Shown: positions 52,485-62,213 of the stretch, in pieces | Layout of the letters: each line of letters opens with the position of its first letter | How positions within the stretch are numbered: position 1 is the stretch's first letter | Assembly: GCA_041891055.1 (NCBI GenBank) | Contig: CP169074.1 | Span: forward strand, 320,001-384,000 | Source: Halorutilales archaeon Cl-col2-1 | GTDB lineage: Archaea > Halobacteriota > Halobacteria > Halobacteriales > Afararchaeaceae | DNA length: 64,000 bases | Direction: 5' to 3' | Position numbers and translations under genes: made by a program | The notes under the pieces: model-generated | Seen by the model: the letters and a program-made list of their open reading frames with translations, nothing else | The model's database searches: none | What the model was told of the DNA's origin: nothing

Positions 52485-54425
52485 ATGTCTGACTCTGACG
52501 AGCATGGAGGATTCGAAAGTATACGTGAGGAGGTCAAGGGCAATCCTATCGTGAGATTGCTTGGCTACACCCGTCCCTACAAACTACGTCTGATCACTGG
52601 GGTATTGATGTCGTTCTGTACCCGTCTCGCACGCCTCGCACCCCCCGTAATCATAGCCACAGCGATAGATAGGATCATCTTCCAGCGTGGCGAACCGGGT
52701 TTACTTGCTCGGATAGGTTTAGTTCCCTCTGACACCGTCACTAATCTAAATGCCCGGGCTGAGCTGCTGGAAACCTTGGTAATCATAGCTGTTGTTGCCT
52801 ATCTCGTCCGGTCAGTGACACGGTTTCTTTCGCGGTATCTCATCCAGTCAGCCGCACAGAAGATACAACGCGACCTACGGAACGACACGTATGACCATCT
52901 CCAGCATCTTTCGATGAGCTTCTTCACTAACCATCAGACAGGCGGTATGATGTCGATTCTTAACAGTGACATCAACCGACTCGAACAGTTCCTCAACACC
53001 GAGTTCCGCCAGTTCCTCCGTGTGATAGCTATGGTCGGCGGGATTAGCCTAATCCTGTGGTACTATTCGCCTACTCTAGCCCTAATTGCTCTCGCACCTG
53101 TTCCTGTAGTAGGAGTTGCGAGCGGTGGATTCCTCCGTTGGATCGAGCCTCGGTACCAGTCCATCCGAGAGACTGTCGCACGTTTGAACACCCGTTTGGA
53201 GAATAACCTGGGCGGCGTTGCAGTCGTGAAAGCCTTCAACCGTTATGATTTCGAACGTGCCCGTGTAGAGAACCAGAGCCAGAGATACCACGACGAGAAG
53301 GTCGGTGCACTACGTATACGACGTGCTTTCTTCGCCGGTCTACGTTTATTAACGGGAGTGGTATTTGTCGTGGTGCTATACGTAGCTGGCAAGGACTTTA
53401 TAGCTACGCCTACGGGCAAAGAGCCGATAATCTCTGCAGGTGCCTTTGCGGCTTTCTTCATGCTGTTGAGACGTCTCTACTCGCCAATGCGACGAGTGGG
53501 GAAATCAGCTAATAAATATCAGCTTGCGAAATCGAGTGCAGAGCGAGTGTTCGGACTACTTGCAACTCAACCCAGTATGACTAGCCCGTCCGATCCGTAT
53601 CAACCACAGGAGATCGATGGCGACGTCGTGTTTGATTCTGTGTCTTTCGGGTATAACGACAGCAAAAACGAGAAAGTCATCGAGGATCTATCCTTAGAAG
53701 TGCCTGCAGGCACCACCATCGGTCTCGTAGGGGAAAGCGGAGCCGGAAAATCGACCCTGCTTAAACTCATACCGAGGCTCTATGACGTGGATTCCGGATC
53801 GGTCAAAGTTGATGGAACTGATGTACGTGAGTACGGTGTAGAGGCACTACGTGATAAGATAGCTGTAGTCGAACAGAATCCATATCTGTTCTCCGGAACG
53901 GTGGCAGAAAACATAGCCTATGGCAACAGAGAAATCCTCCGAGCCGAGAGTAGCCAGACTGCCACGGACAAAGAGGACGAAGATGAGGTTCGAAAACGGA
54001 TAACCGACGCAGCCCAGGCTGCTGAAGCCCACGGTTTCATACGCGATCTTCCGGACGGATATGACACACAGATAGGCGAACGAGGGGTTAAGCTCTCGGG
54101 AGGACAGCGTCAGCGGGTCGCAATCGCTAGAGCACTACTCAACGACCCCGATATAATAATATTCGACGAGGCGACGAGTGATGTCGATACTGAGACGGAG
54201 GATCTCATACAGCAGAGCCTCGAACGTCTCATTCACGACAGAACTGCTTTCATCATTGCTCACCGTCTTGCTACAACCAAGAATGCCGACCGGATAATTG
54301 TATTAGAGGACGGCGAAATAGTTGAATCGGGCACGCATAAAGAACTCGTACAGACCGAAGGAGTCTACGCATCGTTGTGGAACGCCCAAGCGAATATGAA
54401 TGAACCCATCGGATCGATAGGATAG
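52485..54425 (+). CDS. ABC exporter, fused permease/ATPase (MsbA-like)
   Basis: TM domain plus [37 protein letters not shown]. Confidence 0.93.
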   Translation: MSDSDEHGGFESIREEVKGNPIVRLLGYTRPYKLRLITGVLMSFCTRLARLAPPVIIATAIDRIIFQRGEPGLLARIGLVPSDTVTNLNARAELLETLVIIAVVAYLVRSVTRFLSRYLIQSAAQKIQRDLRNDTYDHLQHLSMSFFTNHQTGGMMSILNSDINRLEQFLNTEFRQFLRVIAMVGGISLILWYYSPTLALIALAPVPVVGVASGGFLRWIEPRYQSIRETVARLNTRLENNLGGVAVVKAFNRYDFERARVENQSQRYHDEKVGALRIRRAFFAGLRLLTGVVFVVVLYVAGKDFIATPTGKEPIISAGAFAAFFMLLRRLYSPMRRVGKSANKYQLAKSSAERVFGLLATQPSMTSPSDPYQPQEIDGDVVFDSVSFGYNDSKNEKVIEDLSLEVPAGTTIGLVGESGAGKSTLLKLIPRLYDVDSGSVKVDGTDVREYGVEALRDKIAVVEQNPYLFSGTVAENIAYGNREILRAESSQTATDKEDEDEVRKRITDAAQAAEAHGFIRDLPDGYDTQIGERGVKLSGGQRQRVAIARALLNDPDIIIFDEATSDVDTETEDLIQQSLERLIHDRTAFIIAHRLATTKNADRIIVLEDGEIVESGTHKELVQTEGVYASLWNAQANMNEPIGSIG

Positions 54426-54578
54426 CAGGATGTGAGAGGGAGCCGGAGTTTTGATGTGCGAGCTTACACACACGGGTCGAGTCACTGTTACTTGTCAGGA
54501 CATTTGTTTACTCTTCCACCATCTTCAGAAAACAGATGGGGAAGACTTACCCGTCTGCAGTTATTATGTTAATCTGTA

Positions 54579-54779
54579 ATGACGAACGGTAAGGTTGATT
54601 TCTTCAACGACACAGGCGGTTACGGTTTCATAGAGACTGACGCTACTGACGAAGGCGAGGACGTTTTCTTCCACATGGAGGACGTCGGCGGTGACGATCT
54701 CACAGAAGGCACAGAGATAGAGTTCGATATCGAAGAGGCTCCGAAAGGACCTCGTGCGACGAACGTCGTCCGCGTATAA
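54579..54779 (+). CDS. Cold-shock protein
   Basis: GKVDFFNDTGGYGFI, DVFFH, KGPRATNV. Confidence 0.95.
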   Translation: MTNGKVDFFNDTGGYGFIETDATDEGEDVFFHMEDVGGDDLTEGTEIEFDIEEAPKGPRATNVVRV

Positions 54780-54896
54780 GCGAGAGATCGTTACACGCCG
54801 GTACGATAGATACTACTTTCCTTTATTTGGCTAAATAACTTAGAGAGAGTCTTAATTATCTTTCCGGAGGATCGGAGTCCTGTGTATCAGTTCTGA

Positions 54897-55187
54897 TTAC
54901 TCGATTTCCAACTCGCCGCTGCTGCCGTCTCCTCCCCCACTGGCGTTCTCTTCCCATTCGAGTTCGAACTCGATACTTAACTCACCGGGTTGATCCGTAG
55001 CACCCTCGCGTTCGGCTTTGACCTCGAACGTCGGGCGGGCTGGAGGCTCCATAGTCACAGACTCGGAGCCGGATTTTAGCGTGATCGCGCTCCCTTGTTC
55101 GAGCTTATCAGCCACACTGCGAAGGTAGGCTGCGATATCCTTTCGACTCTGGTCGCCCTCTGATTTGAACAGAACTTCTTCAGGCAT
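54897..55187 (-). CDS. Amphi-Trp domain protein
   Basis: MPEEVLFKSE..SRKDIAAYLRSVADKL..ELSIEFELEW; start at 55187. Confidence 0.85.
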   Translation of the reverse strand: MPEEVLFKSEGDQSRKDIAAYLRSVADKLEQGSAITLKSGSESVTMEPPARPTFEVKAEREGATDQPGELSIEFELEWEENASGGGDGSSGELEIE

Positions 55188-55245
55188 GTAGAAGCCTACG
55201 TTACCCACACCGATAAGTTCATCCCACCTATCTACAACTCCTCCA

Positions 55246-55413
55246 TCAACTATTGGCTTCGATAGCCCGTCCTTGTTTCTTAGCCTTCTCCTTAGCCCGT
55301 TCTCTTTCCTCGTCGTCGCCTGGGGGATAGATATACATCTTCCCCGAGTCACCCCATCGATAGTATCCTTTCTTTTCGCCATCCCGTGTTGTATAGCCTT
55401 GTTGCAACGGCAT
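55246..55413 (-). CDS. Small basic hypothetical protein (55 aa)
   Basis: MPLQQGYTTRDGEKKGYYRWGDSGKMYIYPPGDDEERERAKEKAKKQGRAIEANS*; starts 1 nt after the upstream stop. Confidence 0.6.
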   Translation of the reverse strand: MPLQQGYTTRDGEKKGYYRWGDSGKMYIYPPGDDEERERAKEKAKKQGRAIEANS

Positions 55414-55414
55414 A

Positions 55415-55771
55415 TTAAGAGACTTCCAGGTCGTAGTACAGAATATTTTCCGTGCTTTCATCGCTCTTTTTTATTCTTACCTCGTCAGGGGATACCCCAT
55501 AGAACTCAGATACCGTCTCTTTGATCTGTCTCATGATACCGTGTCTTTTGTCGTCAGGTAAAACATCGTTTAACGAGCTAGCTAGATAGCCTTCAGGCTC
55601 TATACGGATGTAGATATCCGACTCTCTGTCCTTTACCAGGGCAACCTCTATCGACTTCCCGTTTCTGTCGAAGCTCGCTATCTGTCTTTCGGTATGTTCG
55701 GGCTCCACCTCTTCCTTGTACTGCTCCCTCTCGTAGGCTTCTATTATATCTGATATTTTCTGTGTGTCCAT
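55415..55771 (-). CDS. Hypothetical protein (118 aa)
   Basis: Acidic ORF with TATA-like CTTAAG upstream; no motif recognised. Confidence 0.65.
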   Translation of the reverse strand: MDTQKISDIIEAYEREQYKEEVEPEHTERQIASFDRNGKSIEVALVKDRESDIYIRIEPEGYLASSLNDVLPDDKRHGIMRQIKETVSEFYGVSPDEVRIKKSDESTENILYYDLEVS

Positions 55772-55921
55772 GGTATGTATTAGTTTGTCTGCCGAACTTA
55801 AGTCAACTGGCTATATACTTGAGACTCTGTTACCGCCCCCGTCAGAAAACGTAGTCCCTCAAGGATCTTGTTCGCGCGTATATACGCCAGACGTATTAAA
55901 CTCGGGGGCTAAGAACTACTA

Positions 55922-56260
55922 ATGACAGACTCAGACTCGGACTCAAAGAAGAAAGCCGATCTGAAAACCGAACCGGGCTCCGACCCTAACTCGGGAGCCG
56001 ACCTTACCGAGAAGACGAACAGGTACAGACGTCTCCTGTCACGTGCTCTCGACTCGGTCGAGGTCGTAGAGGAGTCCGACGAAGCCGACGAGTTCCTGGA
56101 GATGGCGGAGTCTTACTACGACGACGGCGAACACTTCCTCGAAAACGACGACGAGGTCAACGCTCTCGCCGCATTCTCGTACGGACACGCGTGGCTCGAC
56201 GCGGGTATGAGGTCGGGGGTCTTCGACGCAGACGACAACAGGGAACTGTTCACAGTATGA
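55922..56260 (+). CDS. DUF357-domain protein
   Basis: EFLEMAESYYDDGEHF..VNALAAFSYGHAWLDAG. Confidence 0.88.
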   Translation: MTDSDSDSKKKADLKTEPGSDPNSGADLTEKTNRYRRLLSRALDSVEVVEESDEADEFLEMAESYYDDGEHFLENDDEVNALAAFSYGHAWLDAGMRSGVFDADDNRELFTV

Positions 56261-56910
56261 CGGGAGCGGTCAGCCTCTTCTCAGGAGGAAAGGACTCGAC
56301 CTACGCCCTCTACAAGGCACAGGAGGAGTACGACGTCGATACTCTCGTCTCGGTACACGCAGAGGAGGCGTCGAAGATGTACCACGTCCCTGCGATAGAA
56401 CTCACGTCTCTTGCCGCTGACGCAATGAAGGTCGACAGGGATCTCGTGACTGTCGAGACACGAGACGACGAGATACCCCCTCTGAGATGTGAGCTAGAAG
56501 ACCTCTCGCCCGATGCGGTCGTCGTGGGTGCGGTTGAGAGCGAGTACCAGAGGTCACGGATACAGAATGTCTGTGACGAGATAGGAGCCGAGCTCGTCGC
56601 CCCGCTCTGGCACTGTGACACCTCCGAGACTATGAGGGAGATAGTCGAGGAGTTCGAGGTCATGGTGATAGGAGTAGCCGCACATGGACTCGACGAGACT
56701 TGGCTCGGACGCGTCCTCGACTCAGAAGACATCGACGAGCTCGAACGTCTCAACGACGAGTACGGCGTCCATGTTATGGGCGAGGGCGGCGAGTTCGAGA
56801 CGATGGTTCTCGGAGGACCACACATGAGCTCGGAGATAGAAGTCAAGTACGGGAAGGAATGGGACGGAATGAGGGGGGAGCTACATATCGACGACGCGCG
56901 TCTGAGGTAG
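56257..56910 (+). CDS. dph6: Diphthine--ammonia ligase (Dph6-like PP-loop)
   Basis: SLFSGGKDS, GAVESEYQ, APLW, HVMGEGGEFETMV; ATGA overlap with DUF357. Confidence 0.88.
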   Translation: MTGAVSLFSGGKDSTYALYKAQEEYDVDTLVSVHAEEASKMYHVPAIELTSLAADAMKVDRDLVTVETRDDEIPPLRCELEDLSPDAVVVGAVESEYQRSRIQNVCDEIGAELVAPLWHCDTSETMREIVEEFEVMVIGVAAHGLDETWLGRVLDSEDIDELERLNDEYGVHVMGEGGEFETMVLGGPHMSSEIEVKYGKEWDGMRGELHIDDARLR

Positions 56911-57002
56911 GATAGACTTCTTCCGTTTCCAACACATTGGAGTCTGTCTATCTGTGTTATCGACGACAGAGTTATAAGCCGTCCTTCTGATACTCAAGCG
57001 AG

Positions 57003-58712
57003 ATGGATCTTCTCGTCTGGTATGTTCTGGTTTTTGTCGTCTCTGGAGTTGTCTGTTTAGGCACCGTACCGCGTGCGAGAACCGTACAGCACCGTGGCAC
57101 GCGCGAGGGACTCGTAGTATTCCTCATCTCGGTCGCCGTCTGGTCGTGGGGATACGTCGGATACCTACTCGCGCCGACGGCACGTTTGAGGGTCACCTTC
57201 TACATACTCGGATTTGTCTTCGCCTTCGTCGCTGTCGGGTCTTGGGTCTACTTCTGTGCCGCCTACACGGGACGGTCACCGCGCCAGATGCCCTACAGGA
57301 ACGCCGTTCTCGGAGTCTTCGCCGTCTTCGTCGTTCTCAAGATCACGAATCCTCTCCACGGTCTCTACTTCACCACCGAGTGGACCACCGAGCCGTTTCC
57401 CCATCTCGCCGTCCACCACAACCTACTCTACTGGGTACTACTCGGTCTCTCGTATGCCGCCATCTCGGTGGGATTCTTCATGCTCTTCGAGCGGTTCTAC
57501 CATACGGGGACAGACAGCCGTCCACTCGTCTTACTCGCCGGGGTCACGGCTGTCCCCGCAGTGTTCACGATACTCAGCGGCGAGCTCGGAGGACTCCTGC
57601 CGTTGATGTACGAGCCCCCGGGTGTCGCAGTCTTTGCTGTTGGGACACTCTTCGTCTACTTCGAGAGGTTCGAAGCCGTCCGTCTCACAGCCGGAACTGA
57701 CGACCCCGCAGTATTCGTCGACCCAAGCGGCTGTCTGCGTGAGTATAACCGAGCCGCAGAAGAGATATTTCCGAGCCTCAGTGGCTCGATAGGCAAGCCG
57801 TTGGAGTCGTCGGTTCCGTCAGTCGCCGAGGCTCTCTCGGGGTCTGAGTCGGGAGTAGGCTCGGAAGTAGTCGAGGTCTCACGCGGGTTCAACGGCGACG
57901 GTGAGGAAGCCACCAAGAGGTTCTACGAGGTATCGGCTGCACCTTTCGTGTCGGGCGAGGTTGTGACGGGGAAGATTATCACCGCGAGAGATGTGACCGA
58001 CAGAGAGACATACCGTCGGAGGCTTGAGGAGAAGACCGAACAGCTTGAGGCACTCAACCGGGTGGTTCGCCACGACATACGTAACGACATGACCGTGGTT
58101 CTCGGATGGGCTGAGACACTCGAAGACCACGTTGACGACGAAGGGCGCGACGCTCTTGAACACGTCTTAGAGAAGTCGCGCCACGTCGTCGGTATCACGA
58201 GGGTAGCGCGCGACTTCATCGAATCCCTCGGCGAAGGAGAGAGTACGGATCTGAAACGTGTCGACTTACGCCACCACCTCAAAGCCGAGATGGACGCAGT
58301 CCGAGAGTCGTATCCCGACGCCGAGTTCGAAGTCTCGGGCGAGATACCCGATGTCTCTGTCGAAGCGAATGAGATGGTCTCTTCGGTCTTCAGGAATATA
58401 CTCGGTAATGCCATACAGCACAGCGACGAGGAGACTCCCGAGGTCATAGTATCGTGTGAAAACCGCCCCGAGACGGTCTTGATCCGGTTCGCGGACAACG
58501 GTCCTGGTATCCCCGACGAGAAGAAAGACGAGATTTTCGGTAAGGGTGAGAAGGGTCTCGAAAGCGGAGGATCGGGAATCGGTCTCTATCTCGTCAATCT
58601 CCTCGTTGAGTCGTACGGCGGAGAGGTCTGGATAGAAGAAAACGATCCGAAGGGCACCGTCTTTAACGTCGAACTCTCTAAGTCCGACAGTGATCCTCAG
58701 AAGACTTACTGA
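57003..58712 (+). CDS. Histidine kinase with N-terminal 7TM domain
   Basis: TNPLHGLYF 7TM region, VRHDIRNDM, NILGNAIQH, DNGPG, GSGIGLYLV. Confidence 0.9.
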   Translation: MDLLVWYVLVFVVSGVVCLGTVPRARTVQHRGTREGLVVFLISVAVWSWGYVGYLLAPTARLRVTFYILGFVFAFVAVGSWVYFCAAYTGRSPRQMPYRNAVLGVFAVFVVLKITNPLHGLYFTTEWTTEPFPHLAVHHNLLYWVLLGLSYAAISVGFFMLFERFYHTGTDSRPLVLLAGVTAVPAVFTILSGELGGLLPLMYEPPGVAVFAVGTLFVYFERFEAVRLTAGTDDPAVFVDPSGCLREYNRAAEEIFPSLSGSIGKPLESSVPSVAEALSGSESGVGSEVVEVSRGFNGDGEEATKRFYEVSAAPFVSGEVVTGKIITARDVTDRETYRRRLEEKTEQLEALNRVVRHDIRNDMTVVLGWAETLEDHVDDEGRDALEHVLEKSRHVVGITRVARDFIESLGEGESTDLKRVDLRHHLKAEMDAVRESYPDAEFEVSGEIPDVSVEANEMVSSVFRNILGNAIQHSDEETPEVIVSCENRPETVLIRFADNGPGIPDEKKDEIFGKGEKGLESGGSGIGLYLVNLLVESYGGEVWIEENDPKGTVFNVELSKSDSDPQKTY

Positions 58713-58742
58713 CATCCTCACGCGCCTAAAGGTATGTGACTT
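58710..58742 (-). mobile_element. Degenerate IS200/IS605 right-end remnant
   Basis: TGACATCCTCACGCGCCTAAAGGTATGTGA closely resembles TGACATCCTCACCCGCCTGAAGTCGGGTGA at 15019-15048. Confidence 0.65.
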
Positions 58743-58748
58743 AGATCC

Positions 58749-58781
58749 AACTCCTCACTAATCAGAGATTAGCGAACTCCT
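58749..58781. repeat. 26-nt single-hairpin insertion with AACTCCT direct repeats
   Basis: AACTCCT at 58749-58755 and 58775-58781 flank CTAATC-AGA-GATTAG. Confidence 0.8.
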
Positions 58782-58801
58782 AAAACGGTGTATGCGCTCG
58801 A

Positions 58802-59371
58802 CTATGTATCAGCCTCAATCCATTTTATAGAGCATCCACGTGACGGGATCTCCTCGACTTCAACTTCGTCGCCTCCGAGAACCGAGTCTATCGCGTCGCG
58901 CATCTCGTGTTGTGTCGGCTCGTCGTCGGGGTTCTGGGCGTCGTCGAGACGTCCGTGGTAGACGAGTCGGAAATCACCGTTTTCGTTCTCGAAGAGGAAG
59001 GGGTCGGGTGTACAGACGGCACCGTACTCGTCGGCGACCTCCTGTGTCTCGTCCCTGAGGTAGGCGTCGTACCTCACCTCGCCGTCTTCAACTAACTCCT
59101 GCATCCTCTCGTACGAGTCGTCGGGGTACTCATCGGCGTCGTTGGGGTTTATCCCGACGACTCCTACGTCGTCGTAGTCGTCGGCTATCGAGTTTAGGAC
59201 GGGTATCTTCGCCTTCGCGTACGGACAGTGGTTACACGTAAAGACTACGAGTAAGGCGTCGTACCCCGTGAAGTCTTCGAGTGACTTCTCGTCGCCGTTG
59301 GTGTCTCTCAGACTGAAGTCGGGGGCTGTGTCTCCTCTTTCGAGGTCGCTGTCTGACTCCTTGAGTACCAT
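58802..59371 (-). CDS. Thioredoxin-fold AhpC/TSA-like protein
   Basis: APDFSL, FTCNHCPYA, GINPND, YGAVCTPDPF, YHGRLDD, GCSIKW; start MVLKES. Confidence 0.9.
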   Translation of the reverse strand: MVLKESDSDLERGDTAPDFSLRDTNGDEKSLEDFTGYDALLVVFTCNHCPYAKAKIPVLNSIADDYDDVGVVGINPNDADEYPDDSYERMQELVEDGEVRYDAYLRDETQEVADEYGAVCTPDPFLFENENGDFRLVYHGRLDDAQNPDDEPTQHEMRDAIDSVLGGDEVEVEEIPSRGCSIKWIEADT

Positions 59372-59462
59372 ACCTGGGGATGTCGGGGGAGACACTAATC
59401 TTTTTTCTTGCTCAACCCACCCGAACTCTTTTGACCACACAAGACGACAAAGCCGTGAGAAG

Positions 59463-60464
59463 ATGGAGAACCATTTGAGTCCGAGTAGACGTAACGTTCT
59501 GATAGTCCTCGCAGGGCTGACGCTTCTCGGAGTCGTGGTTCTATTCGACGTTATCAACACAGTCTTCTTCGCCATCACCGTCGCGTACATACTCACTCCT
59601 CTCCACAAGAGGCTCATAAGACACGGGCTTCCGTCGTGGTCGGCGAGTCTCATCTCGACAGTCGTCGGATTCGTGAGTATACTCGTCGTATTCGGCTACG
59701 TCGGTGTTCTGATATACCTGAGACGCGGTGCGATAGTCGAAGTAGTCACCGGCTTCCCTTCGACTACGACGGTCGAGGCTCTCGGAATCACGTACACACT
59801 CGACGCCACGGATTTCAGGAACAGCTTCGTGGCGTATCTGACACAGATAGCCGTCGAGTTTGCACGCAGAACCCCTGTTCTCGCCCTAAAGCTCACACTC
59901 TTCACGCTTCTGATATTTTCGCTCACACACAATAGAGAGAGAGTAGGTGACGCGATGTGGCGCGCCGTACCCTCGAAGTACCACGACATAACACTTCTCG
60001 TCGAGGAGAAGGTTGAGTCGACTCTCTTCTCCCTCTACGTCCTACAGGCGTCTGTCTCGGCTGTGACCTTCGTACTCTCCTTCGTCGTCTTCTCCTTCTT
60101 CGGATACGACTACTCGGGTACTCTCGCAGCAATCTCGGGACTCCTTCAGTTCTTCCCCATCGTAGGACCCAGCGTCCTCGTCATGGGACTCGTAGTCTAC
60201 GAACTCTTCGTTGGGAGCCTCACCAAGGCTGTCGCACTCGGCGTAGTCGGCGGGATCGTACTAGCGTGGCTCCCCGACGCCGTCATAAGAGTCCATCTCG
60301 CCGACGAGAGACTACCGGGGAGTCTCTACTTCATAGGATTCACAGGAGGTCTCCTCAGCATAGGTCCGATAGGAGTCATAGCCGGACCCATAGTCGTGGT
60401 TCTGATAGCTGAGATGGTCAAACAGCTCGCAGATTCGAACGACAGAACGACTACGAATACTTAG
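59463..60464 (+). CDS. AI-2E family transporter
   Basis: FAITVAYILTPL, LQFFPIVGP, GFTGGLLSIGPIGVIAGP; start MENHLS. Confidence 0.85.
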   Translation: MENHLSPSRRNVLIVLAGLTLLGVVVLFDVINTVFFAITVAYILTPLHKRLIRHGLPSWSASLISTVVGFVSILVVFGYVGVLIYLRRGAIVEVVTGFPSTTTVEALGITYTLDATDFRNSFVAYLTQIAVEFARRTPVLALKLTLFTLLIFSLTHNRERVGDAMWRAVPSKYHDITLLVEEKVESTLFSLYVLQASVSAVTFVLSFVVFSFFGYDYSGTLAAISGLLQFFPIVGPSVLVMGLVVYELFVGSLTKAVALGVVGGIVLAWLPDAVIRVHLADERLPGSLYFIGFTGGLLSIGPIGVIAGPIVVVLIAEMVKQLADSNDRTTTNT

Positions 60465-61824
60465 GCTCAGCACCGGTTGTCTCGTAGACGTCATCGAGAA
60501 GACTGTCACGTTCCTCCTGCCAGTCCTCGAAGCCGTCGCGCGACTCGGGGTACTCCTCGTAATGGTCGAGCACCTTCTCGGCGCTCTTCTTCGCCTTGTA
60601 GAAGCTGTAGACGGTGTCCCAGTGTCCGAAGCTCGAGATCGCCATACGTAGCTTAAGTGTTAGGGGTATCGATGTCTTGCCCTCGTAGAGTGCCTCACTG
60701 ATCTTGTCACCCGGGAGTGACGACAGGAGGCTGATTATCTCGTCGGTGTCGTAGGCTGTCACGAAGATGTTGTAGACATCGAGTGTCGCATAACGCGCCC
60801 CGAACTCGTCCATGACGTCGACGTTGTATCCCCAGAGAGACTCCTCTGAGACATCTTCGTTTTCTATCGCCTCGACCGCCTTCTCGCCCGCGTACTGCCC
60901 CGCGAACGCCGCGGTCGATATTCCTCCTCCCGTAGTAGGATTTACGTGTCCTGCGGCGTCGCCTACGGCGATGAAGCCGTCTGCGACTGCTGAGTCGTAG
61001 GGACGTCTCGTCGGAAGAGCCGCGCCTAACTTGTCCTTGACCTCGGCGTTCTCGAACTCGTCCCTCTCCTCTAAGTCGTCTCTCAGAACCTCGACGAGTT
61101 CCATCGGCTCCTCGTTCATCTGGAAGCCGAGTCCGGCGTTGATCTCTGTCGGCGTCCTCGGGAAGTACCAGAGGTATCCAGCCGAGATCTCGACGGGCTT
61201 GAAGACGAGAGCGTCGTCCCAGTCGACGGGCTCGTCGACCTCGATGACTTCGCGGTAGGCGGAACAGAACTGACTGTACGAGACGTCGGTGTCGAATGTT
61301 GAGTTCGAGGCGTCGAGGTCGTCCTGTAAGACGGAGAGTGCACCAGCGGCGTCTATCGTGAGGTCGGCGTGGTACTCGACGACCTCGCCGTCGTGTTTGG
61401 CTCTCACGCCCTCGACCTTGCCGTCGTCGTCCTGTATCACTCCGTTGACAACTGTCTCGTAATGTATGTCGACTCCCGCCTTCTCTGCTTCTTCGAGAAG
61501 AATATTACCGTACTCCCATCTGTCTATGACGGCGAGCTCTCCGGGTATGGGAATGTCGAGGCTATCGCCGTCGGGGAACTCGAACCTGCCGTGGTCAACT
61601 CCCGTGTTAGTAAACGACTCCTCGACCCTCTCTATGGGTATGGCGTTGGGAAAGGCGTCGGAGCCCTTGAGGGCGTCGCCGCACGCTATGTGTCCCGCCT
61701 CGTCCTCCGTCTTTCTCTCGATTAGGACGACATCGAGACCCTCACGTGCGACCGCCGCGGCGGCGTAACATCCGCCCGTGCCGCCGCCCACGACTACTAC
61801 GTCGGCGTTTTCCTTCTTGCTCAT
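60451..61824 (-). CDS. Geranylgeranyl reductase family flavoprotein
   Basis: VVGGGTGG, ACGDA, IDAAG, GYLWYFP, GDAAGHVNPTTGGGI. Confidence 0.9.
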   Translation of the reverse strand: MSKKENADVVVVGGGTGGCYAAAAVAREGLDVVLIERKTEDEAGHIACGDALKGSDAFPNAIPIERVEESFTNTGVDHGRFEFPDGDSLDIPIPGELAVIDRWEYGNILLEEAEKAGVDIHYETVVNGVIQDDDGKVEGVRAKHDGEVVEYHADLTIDAAGALSVLQDDLDASNSTFDTDVSYSQFCSAYREVIEVDEPVDWDDALVFKPVEISAGYLWYFPRTPTEINAGLGFQMNEEPMELVEVLRDDLEERDEFENAEVKDKLGAALPTRRPYDSAVADGFIAVGDAAGHVNPTTGGGISTAAFAGQYAGEKAVEAIENEDVSEESLWGYNVDVMDEFGARYATLDVYNIFVTAYDTDEIISLLSSLPGDKISEALYEGKTSIPLTLKLRMAISSFGHWDTVYSFYKAKKSAEKVLDHYEEYPESRDGFEDWQEERDSLLDDVYETTGAEPKYS

Positions 61825-61883
61825 AAGTAGAGTTTTACGAGGGGTAAGAAAAGAGTTTTGAGCGTTCCCGACGAGGTTCCGAC

Positions 61884-62210
61884 ATGGACACGGAGACTCC
61901 CGAAGCCGAGTCTAAGTCTACGTATACTGTCAGATTCACCGACGGAGAGGAGGTCGAGGTCTCGGACGGACAGACTATACTCAACGCGTGTATAGAGGAC
62001 GGCGTCAACCACGAGTACTCGTGCCGAGTCGGTATGTGTCTCGCGTGTGTCGGAAAGATAGTCGAGGGCGATGTCAAACAGCCCGGCGCGAGAGGGTTGA
62101 GCGACGAGGAGCGTGAGGACTACGTACTGACGTGTATGGCACGTCCCGCCTCCGACATGGTAATAGACCGCGGCGAGTACCCGCCGTCGATAGAGGACGG
62201 GGACGAGTAG
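61884..62210 (+). CDS. 2Fe-2S ferredoxin
   Basis: YSCRVGMCLAC...LTCMARP. Confidence 0.9.
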   Translation: MDTETPEAESKSTYTVRFTDGEEVEVSDGQTILNACIEDGVNHEYSCRVGMCLACVGKIVEGDVKQPGARGLSDEEREDYVLTCMARPASDMVIDRGEYPPSIEDGDE

Positions 62211-62213
62211 ACG

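Noticed and set aside
52246-52554. Four overlapping short ORFs across the hairpin array
   Set aside because: By-products of the palindromic sequence, with no protein-like composition.
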